From Octopus sinensis (Eukaryota), in contig NW_021833036.1 in assembly GCF_006345805.1 (NCBI RefSeq), positions 95,095 through 159,094 on the forward strand: 64,000 nucleotides of DNA, written 5' to 3'. This document shows, piece after piece, positions 62,752 to 64,000 of this stretch. Both the position numbers and the translations under genes were made by a program. Under the pieces are notes generated by a model that saw only the letters and a program-made list of their open reading frames with translations, was not told the origin of the DNA and made no database searches. How positions within the stretch are numbered: the first letter of the stretch is position 1; each line of letters opens with the position of its first letter.

Positions 62752-63001
62752 TGTATACATACATCTCTTATATAAAATCCGTTCTGTCTGTGTGTGTCTT
62801 CTAGGATCTCGGACATTTTCAATCTGATTGCGCTCAAATTTGATATGTAAATACCAACGGTATCAGAGCATGTATAAGTTTTGAAAAAATTTTAAAAATC
62901 GATTCCAGGTGAAAATGCGATCAATAAAGCTGTTTTTGTCCTGGTTTTCTTCCGTCAACCTGTACATAACAGCTCCTATTTTTTTGTTGTTTTTGTACTG
63001 C

Positions 63002-63481
63002 TTAACCCTTTCATTACCAACCGGGCCGAAACCACCTCTGGCTCTGTAGTACAAATGTCTTGTTTTCTTAAGTTTTTAATTAAAATCTTCCACCAAACTT
63101 TAGTCACAGTTTATGTTCCTAACATTAGCTGAATGATAACTAAGTTATTTTACTAAATTCTTTGTTATATTTAAAATTAATTGAAAGAAACACAGAGCAT
63201 CTCAACAGAAATATGGTAACAAAAGGGTTAGAATATATAATAAAGAAACGATTTCAACCCTTTTGATAACCAACCTGGCTGAAACTGGCTGGCTCTTTAG
63301 TACAAATGTCTTGTCTTCATAAGTTCTGAATTAAAATCTCCACCAAACCTTAGTCACAATTTATGTTCCTAACACTAGATTAATGATAACCAAGTTATTT
63401 TACTAAATTCTTTGATATATTATAAATTAATTGAAAGAAACACAGAGCACCTCAACAGAAATATGGTAACAAAAGGGTTAA
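63002..63481 (-). mobile_element. Dimer of the 4164-array piggyBac MITE inserted into a Helitron-like element, with TTAA TSD
   Basis: TTAA at 63002-05 and 63478-81; linker matches the array linker; host sequence resumes exactly as at the empty site 12148-51. Confidence 0.9.
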
Positions 63482-64000
63482 AGGCACGTTTCTTTCCTGC
63501 CAAGCTTACTGTTTAAACCATGTTTGTGTTCTCCCAGTCAACAGCCTTATCATTACTGGTACTTTAAACTCTATGACAGTACATACTTTTTCCTGTCAGT
63601 TCAAAACGACAATATCGAGTCAGTTGTGTTTACATTTGATAGAACTTTGCATGGGAATGTTCCACCAATATTCCTTGGTGGAACATTGAGGTTTGCAGCA
63701 CAGAACGGAAGGCCATGAGTCTTGCTAGACATGTCATTTGATATAAACATATTCATCTTTGATCTCTTTACATATATGCCAGTGGCTACTCTGAGTTATT
63801 TCCCTTAGTCAATTTCTCTATATATCCCCCCACAAGAGTGTGTGTGTGTTAATGATATATATATATACTCTTTACTCTTTTACTTGTTTCAGTCATTGAC
63901 TGTGGCCATGCTGGAGCACTACTTTTAGTCGCACAAATCGACCCCAGGACTTATTCTTTGTAGTACTTATTCTATCGGTCTCTTTTGCCGAACCGCTAAG

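Overview
AT-rich, repeat-saturated animal genomic DNA, most consistent with an octopod cephalopod (inferred from the SINE, RTE and Helitron repeat types, dense microsatellites and long introns). No prokaryotic features, CRISPR arrays, rRNA genes or true tRNA genes are present. Two spliced genes lie tail-to-tail. (1) On +, four exons of GORAB (RAB6-interacting golgin) at 10166-10603, 14029-14130, 16592-16732 and 21522-22491; exon 1 is not found in the window, and the first visible exon carries an apparent 1-nt frameshift. (2) On -, the last three coding exons of an unidentified protein at 62233-62092, 59373-59267 and 56678-56517, ending in a PDZ-type motif (ERTAL*). A weaker small spliced gene candidate lies on - at about 43.1-47.9 kb. 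The rest is nested mobile DNA: several tRNA-derived SINE families, RTE, CR1 and R4-type LINE fragments, non-autonomous Helitrons, piggyBac-type MITEs, a full-length decayed DD37D (maT) transposon, and mariner and pogo fragments. The most interesting non-coding observations are a set of Penelope-type hammerhead-ribozyme motifs (one nearly intact and sense to an intron of gene 2, plus a recurring A6U core variant), and an 8-unit piggyBac-MITE tandem array whose linker-joined form reappears as a TTAA-flanked dimer, with its empty site visible elsewhere in the window. All assignments are by eye and from memory; no database searches were run.
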